Below, in pieces: positions 15,701-30,029 of a stretch of DNA of 64,000 nucleotides. The notes beneath the pieces were generated by a model, which did not search any database, was not told where the DNA came from, and saw only the letters and a program-made list of their open reading frames with translations. The stretch's first letter is position 1; each line of letters starts with the position of its first letter. The stretch spans positions 10,106,001 through 10,170,000 of the forward strand of contig CM022678.1 of the NCBI GenBank assembly GCA_012295275.1, read 5' to 3'. This stretch comes from Chrysomallon squamiferum (Eukaryota; Animalia; Mollusca). Position numbers and translations under genes: made by a program.

Positions 15701-16336
15701 ACATACCTACATTACAACCTGTCTTTCTGTTTGTCCATCTACAAACACACTGTATCTACTGTTATGTAACTTTATATATTTTCTTTCTCATTTTCCAAAT
15801 TAGTTGTTATTATCACTGTGTATCTTCCTCTCTGTTAATTTAGCTATGGTCTGTCTTCTATCTTATTATTCCATTTTTACCATCTATCTATTATGACTAC
15901 TTATCAAGCTGACTGTTTCTCATGCAGTCTGTATGATCTACATCTATGTATCAATCCATCATCTATCTTTCCATCCATCTGTTCATCTGTCAGTGCTTAC
16001 AGACATTTTTAAAACTTTTTATTAAATTTAAAATAAAGAATATTTATCACTTAACCTGTTCTATAATTCTAAATATACAAAGAGCTTCTCTTCAAAGTAA
16101 ATATTTTGAAATCATCTCTTAGATTCAGTTATCTGGTATACCTTTACCTCCACCCTATTTTCTCTAATACATTTATTTAAAAAGGGCACTTACCTGGAAC
16201 CCCAACCATATTTCTTCCTCTCTACTGGGCTTTTTGTTTACAATAAAAGTTGGTATAACCTTTACATCTCTTCTTTTCAATATCAATGATATAGGTAATA
16301 ATACATCTCCTTAATTTCAGGTCTTCTCACTTCTTC
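10180..16336 (-). pseudogene. Multi-exon pseudogene of an unidentified protein, divergently oriented to the LRR gene
   Basis: Minus-strand exons with GTAAGT/GTAGCT/GTTAAG donors and (T/C/A)AG acceptors: 16194-16336 (GDVLLPISLILKRRDVKVIPTFIVNKKPSREEEIWLGFQ); 16056-16163 (GGGKGIPD..REALCIFRIIEQ, with stops); 14321-14464 (IFICSHCTRVIPPHQSKY); 13550-13666; ~13150-13200 (MDDNKPAENAGNVSSEK); ~11165-11258; 10542-10754 (LNVAIMPPAQSLDPVMSIISRGFLDQLGLKDT*RLF); ~10180-10325 (YIVIDQEEADVNPYNSCFLQVKTFIYEM). There are several in-frame stops and some frame assignments are uncertain. Confidence 0.6.
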
Positions 16337-16772
16337 CTTTTTAATAGAAAAAAATAAAAGACATGAATCTTCACTTTGCACTATGGACTGTGCATTTTAT
16401 AAAGTTAAGAGATTTAATTTGCTGCTTTATGAGCTTTCCAAAAACTTAAATAAGGAAAAAGTAATAACACCTTTTTTTTTTTTTTTTTTTTTTTTTTTTG
16501 TACATATCACCTTAATTATGGACTGTGAAGAATGTATATTTTACTCAATTTACTTTTTCACTGTTGATTATAAAATTAGTATACTCTTATTATACATTTT
16601 TTAAAATAAGTTTATTTATTTATTTAATTTTTTTTTTTGTATTGTGAATGAAACTGGTTTGGAAAATCAATATTTATACTTTTTCCATTGTTAATAATGA
16701 AAAATACATAGATTGTTCAGTATTAATTTTCAAATTTAATTTTTATTTATTTATTTATTTTACTTTTTCTGA

Positions 16773-16856
<84 letters not shown>

Positions 16857-17409
16857 AATAAAATTTTTAAAAGTTTGTTTAGTTTAAATTTCTGTTGGTA
16901 TAACCTTTACATCTCTTCTTTTCAATATCAGTGATATAGGTAATAATACATCTCCTTAATTTCAGGTCTTCTCACTTCTTCCTTTTTAATAGAAAAAAAA
17001 AGACACGAATCTTCACTTTTCACTATGGACTGTGCATTTTATAAAGTTAAGACTGAGATTTAATCTGCTGCTTTATGAGCTTTCCAAAAACTTAAATAAG
17101 GAAAAAGTAATAACACTTTAATTTTGTATTTTTTTTTTGTACATGTCACATTAATTATGGACTGTGAAGAATGTATATTTTACTCAATTTACTTTTTCAC
17201 TGTTGATTATATAATTATACCATACATTTTTTTTAAATAAGTTTATTTATTCATTTATTTAATTTTTTTTTTTTTGTATTGTGAATGAAACCGGTTTGGA
17301 AAATCAATATTTATATTTTTTCCATTGTTAATAATGAAAAATACATAGATTGTTCAGTATTGATTTTCATATTTAATTTTTATTTATTTATTTATTTTAC
17401 TTTTTCTGA

Positions 17410-17477
<68 letters not shown>

Positions 17478-18372
17478 AATAAAATAAAATAAAATTTTAA
17501 AAAGTTTGTTTAGTTTAAATTTCTGTTGTTTAAGAAAATGAGAACTGATATAAACACTACAATCTTAGAGGTTCTTAGGTCCGAATAATGAGCGTTCCCA
17601 ATTTTTTTTTTTTTTTTTTTTTTGATGCCTACCTTCATGTCATTACCATTATTAATAAGTGAATATTTCTTATCAGCGAATTCAAAATGATCTGTTATCG
17701 TTCAATAGTAAACGAAGATTAAAATGTTTTTCTAGCACACGCGAAGTGACGTGCGAGGCGGAAATGAGTCTCGATTACGATATTAGTTTCAAGTCATCCA
17801 AAAGGAAAAAGACTACCGTGTATCAAACATTTCGGAGGCGAAGACAAAATAAAAACCTTTATCTTTTTATACTCTTTAATACTGTTAAATCTCGTTAAAA
17901 CATGAATCTCTTATTTCTTGATATCATGAGGCATATCTAATCACTGTAAGATTGTCGTTTAACTAATAGAAAACTACATTAATTTCTCCTTTATTTTTAA
18001 CATATTTATTTTAAAAAAAAGTCTTCTGCTACCATTACAGCTGTTTATACGATAAAACTAATATTCAGATAAAGAATTTTTTTTCTTTTATTATAAATAC
18101 ATTAGCTTACTTTATCACATTCTGAAAAAATGTTCAGCCGATAACTTGATTATCACCTATAATTTAGTATTCTATAGTTTCATTAACTATTAACACCTTT
18201 ATTTTTGTTTGTTTATTTATTTATTTTTAGCTAGGTTTTAAATTTATCAGGAAACAGTTTTGGACCCCAGGCTTTCCGAGCTGTGTGTTTGGCCTCACCA
18301 CCAACAAAACAGACACTGAGAGTGCTGTGAGTAATCGCAGTTATCACTGTTTTATACTACTACTACTACTAT

Positions 18373-18410
<38 letters not shown>

Positions 18411-18542
18411 ATAATAATAATAGTAATAGTGATAATAGTAATAATAAAACCCAATAACAAGAAATTATTTTTATAATTTTATGTTTATATAATTGTGAAA
18501 AACAAATTCTTGTTTTCTCTTCTTCATGTTCTTCTTCATTGT

Positions 18543-18573
<31 letters not shown>

Positions 18574-19730
18574 TTATTATTATTGTCATTGTTATTGTTA
18601 TTGTTATTATTAATATTATTATTGTCATTGTTATTGTTATTATTAATTGTCCAGTATTACAGTTAGCTACTAATATTGCTACTTGTGCTATTACCACTGT
18701 TACTACTGTTATTCTACTACTGAAAAAATAGTTACTAACAGTGACTTTCAACACACTAAATCTATTAGCAACAACTACTATATATATACTTACCACTATG
18801 TCTGTTACTGCTATTTCTACACATGTTAATGCTATTATTTTTTTCTACTATTACTACTACTACTACTGTGGTGTCTGCAGTTATTTACTAACTCCTCTTA
18901 TTGTATTTACTACTACTATTCAACCTAAACTAATTCTACCACATTTATCACTATCACTGTTAATGCTGCAATGACTACTACTAGTACTGTTACTACTAAT
19001 ACTAGAACTATTACCACTATTACTACTCCTAGTGTTGTTACGAATTCTGCTGCTGCTGCTTCTACTACTACTACAACAACAGCAACTTTTACTGCTGTCA
19101 ATGCTACTACTACTGTTATTAATACTAAAACTACTACAACTACTGCTGTGTCAACTACTATAACCAACAGTACCACTGTTACTACTAGTTCTGTTGCTAG
19201 TATTACTACAACTACTACAACAACTACTATATCTGCTGTTGTTACTATTACTACTGTTAAAACATTATGATGTCTTCTACTAACTATCTTTTTCATTATA
19301 TATATATGTTTTCAATTTATTAACTTTCTTATTTATTTATTTATTTATTTTTGTATTTATTTATTGATTTATCATATTTTCTGAACTTTTTCTTTTTTCT
19401 TTTTCTGCTGATAGTTAAGATATAGTTGCCAAGTTTCTTAATACTATTTTTCATTTATTTCAGGTATTCCAGAATTCAAATCAGACACAAGTTCTGTACA
19501 GGAATTACGTCTGAACTGCAGTTGTTTCACCAGCTAGCTGTTGGAGTTTCTGGTAGAACGTTTCCATGCAAAACTCCTTTCTTTGAAAGATGTGGACATT
19601 GGAAAGAATCCTGATCTTTGTGTATCTGTCATTGACGATTTAGTTAAACTTACTTCAGGTAATTATTTTTATTAAAGTAAACACTATTTTTTGAAATTAT
19701 AAATTTTAAATAATTGTTCTCTTTTTAGCT

Positions 19731-19822
<92 letters not shown>

Positions 19823-21553
19823 CTGTCCATATCTTATCTTCTGCCTATTCTATCTGTAAATATCTCTTTGTTTCTATTTTCTTATTTCTTTCTTTACCCA
19901 TCTTTATCAACCTCATTCTACTTAACACTCTCTTCAATTTGTATTTTCTTTGTCTATCTGTGTGTGTGTCAGTGTATTTGTCATCTGTTGTTGGTATTTA
20001 GGGTTAATGGGTGTGTTTCTTTCTGTGTTTCTTTATTTGCTATGTTTTTCTCTATGTGTCTTTTTTTATGTGTGAGTATGTTTGTGCTAATCTGTGTCTA
20101 CAGGCAAATAAGTACATAAAAGAGAAATTTTATTTTATTTTTTTTTTCATTTTTATTTTTATCAAGATAAATCAAATCAAAGTTCTGTTGAAAGGCTGAT
20201 GTAAGCTGATTGACTACCAAAGAAACTGGCCACAGAGAAATTTACAAACCTGAAATATGTCAATTTAAGAAAAGCAAAGTTCAACTCGAGTACTTTTGGA
20301 CAATTACCTTTGTTGATGTCACTGACTCAGCAAGCAACCATTAACGTAGATAGGTCGAGAATGGCTGGTGAGGTGCAGTGAAAGCCATTTGTGGTCAGTA
20401 GTACCATTTGATTCATTACAAGTAATTGTTACTGATTTTAATTTTGTAAATGTTTTTAAATAATTATGTAATTTGATTATTTCTGCATTATGGATAATAA
20501 TAAATTAACACACACACACACACACACACACAACCAATAACTTCCTTAAAATATAAATTCAGTTTATAAATGAAGTTTCTTGGTTAAACTGACTCTGTTA
20601 CTCTGTCTAATTTCAGAAACTCTACCAAACAGTCATGTGACAGCTTTAAGGTTGCACATTGGCTGATGCAGACCTTGACCCTGCTGTCAAGCAATCAGAA
20701 ATCCTGCGCACCTGCTCAAGCTTTCATCCAGTTGGATTACAGATGTGTTAATAACACAGTTTGTGGAGTCCATCTTGAAACAAAAGAAACATCCACTTAG
20801 TGTTCTTAAGGATGCTGTATGTTTTCTTTATTTATCATATTACAATTAATGCTATTTTCTCTTCTTCTTTTTTTGTTGTTCTTTATTTGTTCTTGTTTGT
20901 TTTTGGTTGTTGGTCTAGGTATATTTTTATATGATGCAATTTTCATAAGTGTATAAATAATACTTTTATAAATATTATTTTAATTCTGGAGAGAAATCTG
21001 ACAGTATTATCACCAGAAATATGTTTCTTTATTATTCTGTGTTTATTTTTTTATTTTTACTCTTTTTCTCAAATTGCATTTATATAGATAGATAGCTATA
21101 AGCAATAGTGATAATAGTGTATGTGTGTGTGTGTGAAGAACTATTTTATGTTTCAGTGCTTGGTACAAAATACTCAGACCTGTTTTATTTAAATTAAAGA
21201 TTGAAACTGACAGTTATTATGAAATCCTTAGTCTTTGTTTATAAAAGTATAGTAATTATAATGCAGAGGATTGTCTCAAACATCTTTCTCCCTTGCCTGA
21301 TATTCTCTCTTCTCTTGAACTCTCACCTCACTCATACACATAACATTTTACACCCTGACCAGTACTGGCAGACCAGTACTGTCCTGGGTTCCTTAAGCAA
21401 GCACCAGTGACAGTGTTTACCATCTATTAATGTCCCACGTGTCTTGGAGGAATTTCCCAAGTACTTTACATGTAAACAACAAGAAATAAACCTCAGACAT
21501 GTTAATGGTGTTGATCTATCTTTAGATTGTGCATTTTGAGTTCAGTCCCTCAC

Positions 21554-21648
<95 letters not shown>

Positions 21649-22862
21649 TATCTAACATAGTAGGATAGTGATAATAAAAGCTAATGTAGTAAAGGAGTTA
21701 ATATAGCTGTAGTTGTAGTAGGTAGTAGTAGAAGTAGTAATAATAACTAGTTTAGTAATAGTAGTGGTAGCAGCAGTAGTAATAAAAACTAGTTTAGTAA
21801 TAGTAGTAGTAGCAGCAGTAGTAATAACTAGTTTAGTAATAGTAGTAGTAGCAGTAATAATAATAATAATAGCACTTATGTAGTTTTAAAAGAGGTGCAG
21901 TAAGAACAGTAGCTGCTTCCTTACATTTTAAATTTGAAATTCAAGAATTTTAAGCATTTTTGTATTAATATTTGTTTCCTATCATGGAAGGATGGACTGT
22001 TGTCAGTGTTACCAGTTGTTGGAAAGTCATCACCATTGACAACGTTGTATCTTAACAACCAGAAGAAAAACTTAGAAGAAAATGAAATCGAAGAACTTGT
22101 CACAAAGTTGTTTGCTGCCATTGATAATAAATAAATTCATTTTGAAAAAAGAACAATAAAATAAATCAAGAATAAATAAATAAATAAATAGCCTAAACCT
22201 AATCCTTACCCATGTCCTAACACTAACACTAGTCCTAATCCTAATCCTAACTATAACTCTAACCTAAGCTAATCTAATGGTAAAAATAAAAAAAAAATAA
22301 GTAATACTAAATAAAAGGGTTTATTATTGTTAATGCTGTTGTTGTGTTGTTTTCTTTCTGAATTATTTATATAAATTTAATTAATTTCAAGGTCTCACTG
22401 TCAAGAAGTCAGGGGAGAAAGTTGAATCATCTTGTAGTTGTCTCCCTTCAGTTGCAGACAGCTTCCTGATTAAACTGACAGCACTTGGAGGACATCCTGG
22501 TAAACAGTTATATTTGTTTTTTTATTTTTAACATTTATATGGATCATATTTATTGAAATTTGTCATCTCATTTATTTATTTATTTATTTTGCTCTAGGAA
22601 TGCTGGGTAATATGATGCACTGTCCAGCTATTCTCACAGATAAAGGAAACAGTCAACTTCTGACACTGTCACTAGGTGATGTCCTTGACATTGCAGCCAT
22701 CTTGAAAGGTCATGGTGAGTGATTATGTAGTAATGTAGTAATAACAGTTCACAGCTATCTGTCTGTCTTACTGTGTGTCTGTCTGTAATAACAGACATCA
22801 CATTCTGCTTATTTATGAATATTTATATTTGGTTGTCTCTCCCACTTGAAGCTTCTCTATGT

Positions 22863-22929
<67 letters not shown>

Positions 22930-23638
22930 TTCTTGTTTTTTGTTTGTTTGTTTTTTATTTCTTTATAATTGTTGATTGTTAATATATTAAAATGGCAACC
23001 TATTATTTATATATATTGTTTTCTTCTTCTTTTAGAGACCTGTTATTTAATTGTGAATTTTATTGTTAGTAATCTTATTTTGTATTATTATGATACTGTA
23101 CCTTTTTATTGTTACTATAATGTAATTTCTTAATATGATTATTATTTTAACATTTTTTTATTATTATTTTATGTATTTGTCTTATTACAATTATTATTAA
23201 TATTACTATTGTTATTAGTCTTATTATAATGTATTTTTGTTATTATTACTACTACAACTGTTACAAATACTACTGTTGTTTCTATTGCTGTTACAACTGC
23301 TACTCCTACTCCTGCTACTACTACTGTTACTAAAACTACTACTACTACTACTACTACTACAACTATTACAAATACTACTGTTGTTTCTATTGCTGTTACA
23401 ACTACTACTCCTACACTCCTCTCCTGCTACTACTACCTCTACTACCACTACTACTACTACTAGTACTACTACTACTGCTACAACTGTTACAAATACTACT
23501 GTTGTTTCTATTGCTGTTACAACTGCTACTCCTACTCCTGCTACTACTACTGTTACTAAAACTACTACTACTACAACTATTACAAATACTACTGTTGTTT
23601 CTATTGCTGTTACAACTACTACTCCTACTCCTCTCCTG

Positions 23639-23697
<59 letters not shown>

Positions 23698-23866
23698 GCT
23701 ACAACTGTAACAAATACTACTGTTGTTTCTATTGCTGTTACAACTCCTACTCCTCTCCTGCTACTACTACTACTACAACTGTTACTACAACTACTACTAC
23801 TACTACTACTACTACTACAACTGTTACTACAACTACTACTACTACTACTACTACTACTACAACTGT

Positions 23867-23902
<36 letters not shown>

Positions 23903-24234
23903 AACTATTACAAATACTACTGTTGTTTCTATTGCTCCTACTCCTACTCCTACTCCTCTCCTGCTACTACTACTGTTACTAAAACTACTACTACTACTAC
24001 TACTACTACCACTACTGCTATAACTACTGCTACTGTTTCAATTTGCCAGGATCCAGTTACTTGTTCAAACAGTGGAATAGCATGGATACTGATGTCTGAT
24101 TGTGTATCTGTAGACAAGGCTATAGATTATTACAACAGAGGAGAGGTATTCCATTTAAATCATCAGTGTTTGACTAATTATATATAAATGTCATTTGATT
24201 TACCTACTACTCCCAGTCTGTCAGCTTCTCTCAC

Positions 24235-24279
<45 letters not shown>

Positions 24280-24852
24280 GTGTTACATCTGCCTAGTTCT
24301 AGTAACTAAATATCTGTTTACCAGTGTCTACAATAACCGTTCTTTCTTTCTGTCTGTCTGTCTGGTTGTCTACATCAACAACCTACCTATCTACCCAGTC
24401 TCTAAACAATGTTACTTAATAAATACATCTATGTATCTCTGTATTCTTGTGTTTTACATTTCTCTCTTTCTAACTTTCTGTCTGTCTGTAAGTCTGTGAC
24501 TTTATCTAACTTAGTCTGTTTGTCTATCTAAATATCTACCTATGTGACTATCTATATGTATGTATGTCTAAACATGTAATCTGTAAATATCTGTTTTGGC
24601 AATTTTGTCTGTAAATATTTCTCCCAACTGTAACACTGTTCTTTAACACTAACAGTGATTATTATCAATAATTAAAAAAATGTGTTTATTGTTATCTAGG
24701 CTGACTGTTCATAGAGTCAAGAATTAACATTAAAGTTGATGATGTTAAAAGTACAGAACTGCAGGTAAAGGTCAGGTATAGTGATGATGTCATTGTCTTT
24801 TTATTTCTCTCTCACTATCTCTAATTTTCTCCTAGCCTCTCTGATTTTCTCT
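15129..24852 (+). repeat. Copy B of the large direct duplication
   Basis: Starts TTAACTCCTCCTTTCACGTTAAATTCACAGCC, matching window base 1 onward. Runs to CTCTGATTTTCTCT, matching the last bases before the gap at 9465. Confidence 0.95.
17633..17845. promoter_or_regulatory. Putative bidirectional CpG-rich promoter / first-exon region, copy B
   Basis: Same motifs as 2278-2490. It lies between the 5' ends of the minus-strand gene and the + strand LRR gene. Confidence 0.45.
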
Positions 24853-24972
24853 TTCACTTTCTTTCTTTCTTTCATTGTCTTTCCCTGTTCATAAAGTGTA
24901 TATGCATAATTATGATAAAACAAAGTAGTTGGTTTTTGCCTTGATGCTCATGGAAAGGCTCACATATAACAA

Positions 24973-25003
<31 letters not shown>

Positions 25004-25477
25004 TAATGGTAACTGATAAAAAAAATTAAATAAAAATGAAAACAAAAAAATCCTTTCATTTGTAATTATGTCTATTCATATCATGTGCTTATAAAATTAT
25101 TATTTTTGGAAAATGGATAGGAATGAAAGCTTATCTTTAAATAACTGAAATTTTTGATAGCCATTGTTTTTATAAACTATACAAATGAATGAATGAATGA
25201 ATGTTTAAGGCCACCCAGCATGTAAAGTATATCAGCTACTGGGTGACAAACAAAGATAAATATAACAATACAAACAATACAAACCAATAAACCTAATTAC
25301 ATTAATATTAAATATTGAAATGTTTTTCTCAGACAAGAAGTGGAGAAGAGGATGAAAGTGAGACAAGCTGAAGATTCAGCTCATCCTGAGCTAATTCTGC
25401 AGAACACAGAGGAGTCATGGAAACGTCACACTTACAGATTAGCTCACCCTGTGTACACTGATGGTAGAATGTGGTGA
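18251..25477 (+). pseudogene. Multi-exon LRR protein pseudogene, copy B, including the terminal exon
   Basis: Exons 18251-18326 (in-frame 15-bp deletion vs copy A), 19464-19658 (extra TAG at 19535-19537), 20167-20421, 20617-20816, 21157-~21540, 21991-22123, 22392-22499, 22598-22714, 24050-24145 and 24700-24764. Terminal exon 25333-25477 reads QEVEKRMKVRQAEDSAHPELILQNTEESWKRHTYRLAHPVYTDGRMW*. Confidence 0.75.
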
Positions 25478-26644
25478 CAGTGATTGTGTAGCTTATCTGA
25501 TGAAAGAAAACTGTTTTCAATTACAGTTCTATCAGGTACATTCTGAGAGAATAGTATTTTCTCTTTTCCAGTTTGTATGAGGATAAAATAATATTATTAA
25601 TAATAGATTCAGTATTTTCTGACATATTTTTTTTTGTCCTGCTTGTCTGATAATAAATGGGTATTGTTAATAATATATCCAGTTTTTTCCCTGATTATAG
25701 AGGTTAAGTTTTCTATGCCATTCTGTATTTTCTGATATAGATAATGTTAATTCCACTTCATAGAAAATGATTTTAAAACTGTTCTATAGAAAGTTTTCTG
25801 ATACAAAGAATGATAATTTCAACCATACAACTATAGAAAGTTTTCTGACACAAAGAATGATAATTTCAACCAACAACTCAACTGATGATTGTTGCCTCTA
25901 TCCAGTGTTCTGATACAGAAAATAATAATTTCTACAATCCTGTTTGTATGATTTTTTTAATGCTCTATTCAACATTTTCTGATACACAGAATAACATGAT
26001 AAAACATGCTGTTAATTCACACACTGATATTTATGTGCTGATAAAATACACGGACCAAAGTTTATAAAGGAAATCATATTTTTATTAGATTTTTGTTTTC
26101 ATTGGCCAGTTATTATAAGAAGTGTTTTTGATAATATCAGTTATTATCTATTAAATTTATGTTCTGCACTGTATGTGTGAGGATGTGTGTTTATGTTATG
26201 CACTGTGTGTGTTTGTGTGATGTATGTCAGTATGTATGTTGGTATGTCTCTGAATATATGTGTGCCTGTGTGTGTTTGTGTGTTTTGGTGTATATATATG
26301 TGTGTGTCAGTATGTATGTTGGTATGTCTCTGAATATATTTGTGTCTGTATGTGTGTGTGTGTTTTGTGTGTGTGTGTGTGTGTGTGTCATGTATGAATG
26401 TTGGTATGTATGTGAATATATGTGTCTGTTTGTGTGGGTTTTGTTTAAGTGAATGTGTGTGTGTGTGTGTGTATGTGTGTAGGTATGTCTGTTTGTGTAT
26501 GTTTGTGTTGTGTGTGTTGACTGTATTTTGTGTTGTTTTGTGGTATTTTTTTGTTTTGTGTTTTTACTTGTGTATATGTGATATATATATATTTATGTTT
26601 GTATAAAAAACACAACATAAACTCAGCAGATAAAGCATCAGATC

Positions 26645-26957
26645 AATTTATTTAGCACTAATAAAAAACAATTAAACTAGATGTTGTTAAATAAAGTAAT
26701 TAATTTATTTAATTAAAAAACAGATGTCTAGGTTAAGCTCCTGTTAAAATAAAGTAAATTTATTTAGTAATTTAATTTTTAATACTAGCTCTTGTTTAAA
26801 AAAAATTTAGCACACTTTAATAAATGTCTAGATTAATTTTTAATACTAGCTCCTGTTAAATAAAGTAATTAATTTATTTAGCACACTTTAATAAAAAAAC
26901 AGATGTCTAGATTAATTTTTAATTCTAGTTCCTGTTAAATTTAAAGTAATTAATTAT
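26645..26957 (+). repeat. Degenerate AT-rich minisatellite, ~80-bp unit
   Basis: Repeated ATTTAGCACACTTTAATAAA...GATGTCTAGATTAATTTTTAATACTAGCTCCTGTTAAATAAAGTAATT segments. Confidence 0.7.
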
Positions 26958-28871
26958 CCAATGTAATAATTTAAAACATGTAATAATTTAAAAAAAAAAA
27001 AAAAAAATATGTGACAGTTAAATTATATTTTGTTTTTATAATATTTTTGTTTATAATGCACATGTATCAGTATTATTATTTTTTATAGGCATTTTTTTTA
27101 ATTAATTAATTTTTATATTTATTACAATTTTGCTGTTGAATTTGATTTTTTTTAATTCATTGTTACTGTTTGTTTCTTTTAAAAAAAGAGAGATATAAAA
27201 TTTGTTTTCAGGGGTGTTTATTATTAGTGATTTTGTTTTTAATTTGGGTGGGAAACTGTATTTGCTTTCTTTGTTTATTTCATATGTTTTTTAACAATAT
27301 AAATAAAGTTTTATCAAAAAGAAAGAGAGTTATATTATAAAAATTATTATTATGAAAATTATTATCCATGGTCAGTTAATAATAATAATAATATATTAAT
27401 AAATTAATAATAATAAATAATAATAATAAATAAACTAACAAATGAATAAATAAATAATTGGTAATTTATTTAAAAGGAAGGTTAGAATTTTTTTTATTTT
27501 TTTTTTTTTTTTTCTTACTAGACATCTATTCCATGACAAATTACAAAATAAAACTGGAATGATATGTTTACTTTGTGAAGGCAATTAATGTATAAAATTG
27601 GGTCTAAGAATATTTTGAATTGTAACTCAGTTCTCAACATATAAATAATAGTTGCTGGAAAAGTTATACTTATTCTGAAATATTACTCAAAAGGAAAAGA
27701 AGGAATATATATATCTATGTAGAAGTAAATAAATTTTCCAGTCAACGAAATGATAAGGAGTAATTGTGAAGAAATATTAAATATTTCAAGTTAAAATAAA
27801 TTTTAAATGGAATGACAAGTGTTGTTATCAAATATTTATTTCATGGAAGACTCAAAAATGATAACAGTAATAATCTATTTAAATATGTACAAAATTAAAA
27901 ACTAAAAACTATTGTGTGTGTGCATGTGCATGCTTGTGTACATTTTGTGTGTGTGTGTGTGTGTGCATTTTGTGTTTGTGACTAAACAAGCACACACTTA
28001 CACTAATATACACAAACACACACAACAACAATATGTTTATATTAATTTCTACATAGTTTATAATGTATATTTATTAGTATAAAACACCTAATGACTTGTA
28101 TATTATTTAGAACATTCTAATAAACTGTATTTATTACTAATTTCATCTCATAGTCAGTCGTGTTGAATTGTACTCAGTTTGTTCTATCTGCAGTGAAAAC
28201 ATTAATATGCAGATTCACATGCGTGCATGTAGCATTCACTATCACATGCACAGAAACAAACACACACACACACACACACAAAAAAGAATAATAATAAGAC
28301 AAGAAGAAGAATAACGAATAGATTCTCTTCAAGGTCATCGAGGAAAGTGTTAGTTACGTAGCCCAGTGTTAATATTGTATTTTTTATTAACCGAAATCTA
28401 ATAAAATCTTAAATTCGTTAAGCTACTTGTCTCCCTCTCTCCCTCTCTCCATCACTTTTTTTTTGGAATGAACTACTTCAGTTTATTCTTTTAACCCAAA
28501 AATAAAGAGCTTACTAAATAAAATAAAATAACAACAACAGATAAAAAGTAATCACGTGAAGATATAAAATGTATTACGTAATTGGACAGTGATACATTTT
28601 CTCAAAGTATTAAAGTGTTTCACTGTCCATAGAAGATGCAAGAAACAAAGTTATATTTTGTTAGCGCCAAATCAATCTTAGCACATTGTTTAAATTCATA
28701 CACAAAAGATTTAGTATTAACATTTAGTCTTATGCGTTACAAAGAATCAACAATTGCCTTTCTCTACCGAGTTCAAATAGAGGCTCAAGGTCACAAATTC
28801 ATTAATTAACAACAGCAACAACAGCAATAATAATAATAAAAATAATAATAACAATAATGTTAATAATGATC

Positions 28872-28919
<48 letters not shown>

Positions 28920-29128
28920 CACATTTCTCTTTAGTACAAAACTTATTTCGTTTATTATAACTGTCACTGAGTGAATGTTCAATGCGTGTTCGCGTCTGCA
29001 GTTACCGTTTTCAGGCGGCAAAATTTTCATTCCAGTGTAATTATTACTTCCTTCAGACATTTAGTTATAATCACTGACCCAAAGCGTATAAAGAGCAGAA
29101 AAATCAGAAGAAATGTTTTATAATTATC

Positions 29129-29168
<40 letters not shown>

Positions 29169-29621
29169 AGGGGTTACTGAACTACTTTTATTCTGTAGTT
29201 TATTTTGTAGTTTTAAATTAAATTTAACAAAAGATTCAAGAATCAAATTCACTGCTGTCACCTTGACAAATACAAATACGCACATAATACAAACACACAG
29301 AATATACACATACATAGAGACATACACAGATACACATACACATAATACAAACACACAAATACATTTTTTTATCTTTAAAATTTAAAAACACAAGATAAAA
29401 AAATTTATATTAAAAAATTAAAGAATAACAACAAAAATAATAATATAAAAACAACAGCAATAATAATAACAGCAATAATAACAACAGCAATGATAATAAT
29501 AATTATAATAACAATATCATAATAATAATTATTATTATAAGAACAGCAACAACAACAACAACAACAACAACAATAATAATAATAATAATAAGTTTTCTGA
29601 TCTGTTCAGTCGCTAACAATG

Positions 29622-29866
29622 TCAAGACAAAACTCTTGAAAGACTGAACTGCTTGGTATCGTGTAATGGTTTATGGTAACTGAATACAAGCCACGAAGTA
29701 TGGCTGACAAGATTGTTATAAAGGTTTTCAATGCTGAACATCCAAGGAAACCATCGAAGTGGAGACAACGTGAATCTGTGAGTGAAATATCAGCTGAGAA
29801 CATTTCCAAAGCAGGAAGCCACAATCCCATTAACAACAACAATTCCAGTCAGAGGAGCGTACAAAC
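29622..29866 (-). pseudogene. Terminal exon of a Hedgehog/intein (Hint/Hog) domain protein, with an in-frame stop
   Basis: After the acceptor TTTCCAG the minus strand reads (G)LYAPLTGIVVVNGIVASCFGNVLS*YFTHRFTLSPLRWFPWMF...SRVLS*. This matches the Hog C-terminal consensus GxYAPLTxxGTIVVDGVxASCYA and the H..H...PLR sterol-recognition-like segment. TGA at 29792-29790, and two residues are missing after APLT. Confidence 0.8.
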
Positions 29867-30029
29867 CTGGAAATAATGTTTTAATGATGTGTAAATAATT
29901 TGTGTGTTAGTATTTGTACGTGGTTCTCTCAATATGCGTCCGTCCTTGTGTCATTGTCTGTATGTGTGACAGAACAAAGCTATAGCTAGATAAACTAGAT
30001 AAACAAACAGTCTTAATAGTTATACAGAC

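Noticed and set aside
29790-29792. Selenocysteine or readthrough interpretation of in-frame TGA codons (also 35131 and 62128)
   Set aside because: The same relics carry deletions, frameshifts or TAA/TAG stops, and no SECIS could be identified; ordinary decay is simpler.
29673-29876. Plus-strand 67-aa ORF and minus-strand 78-aa ORF (29606-29842) in the track
   Set aside because: Shadow frames of the Hint-like exon, which lies in a different minus-strand frame.
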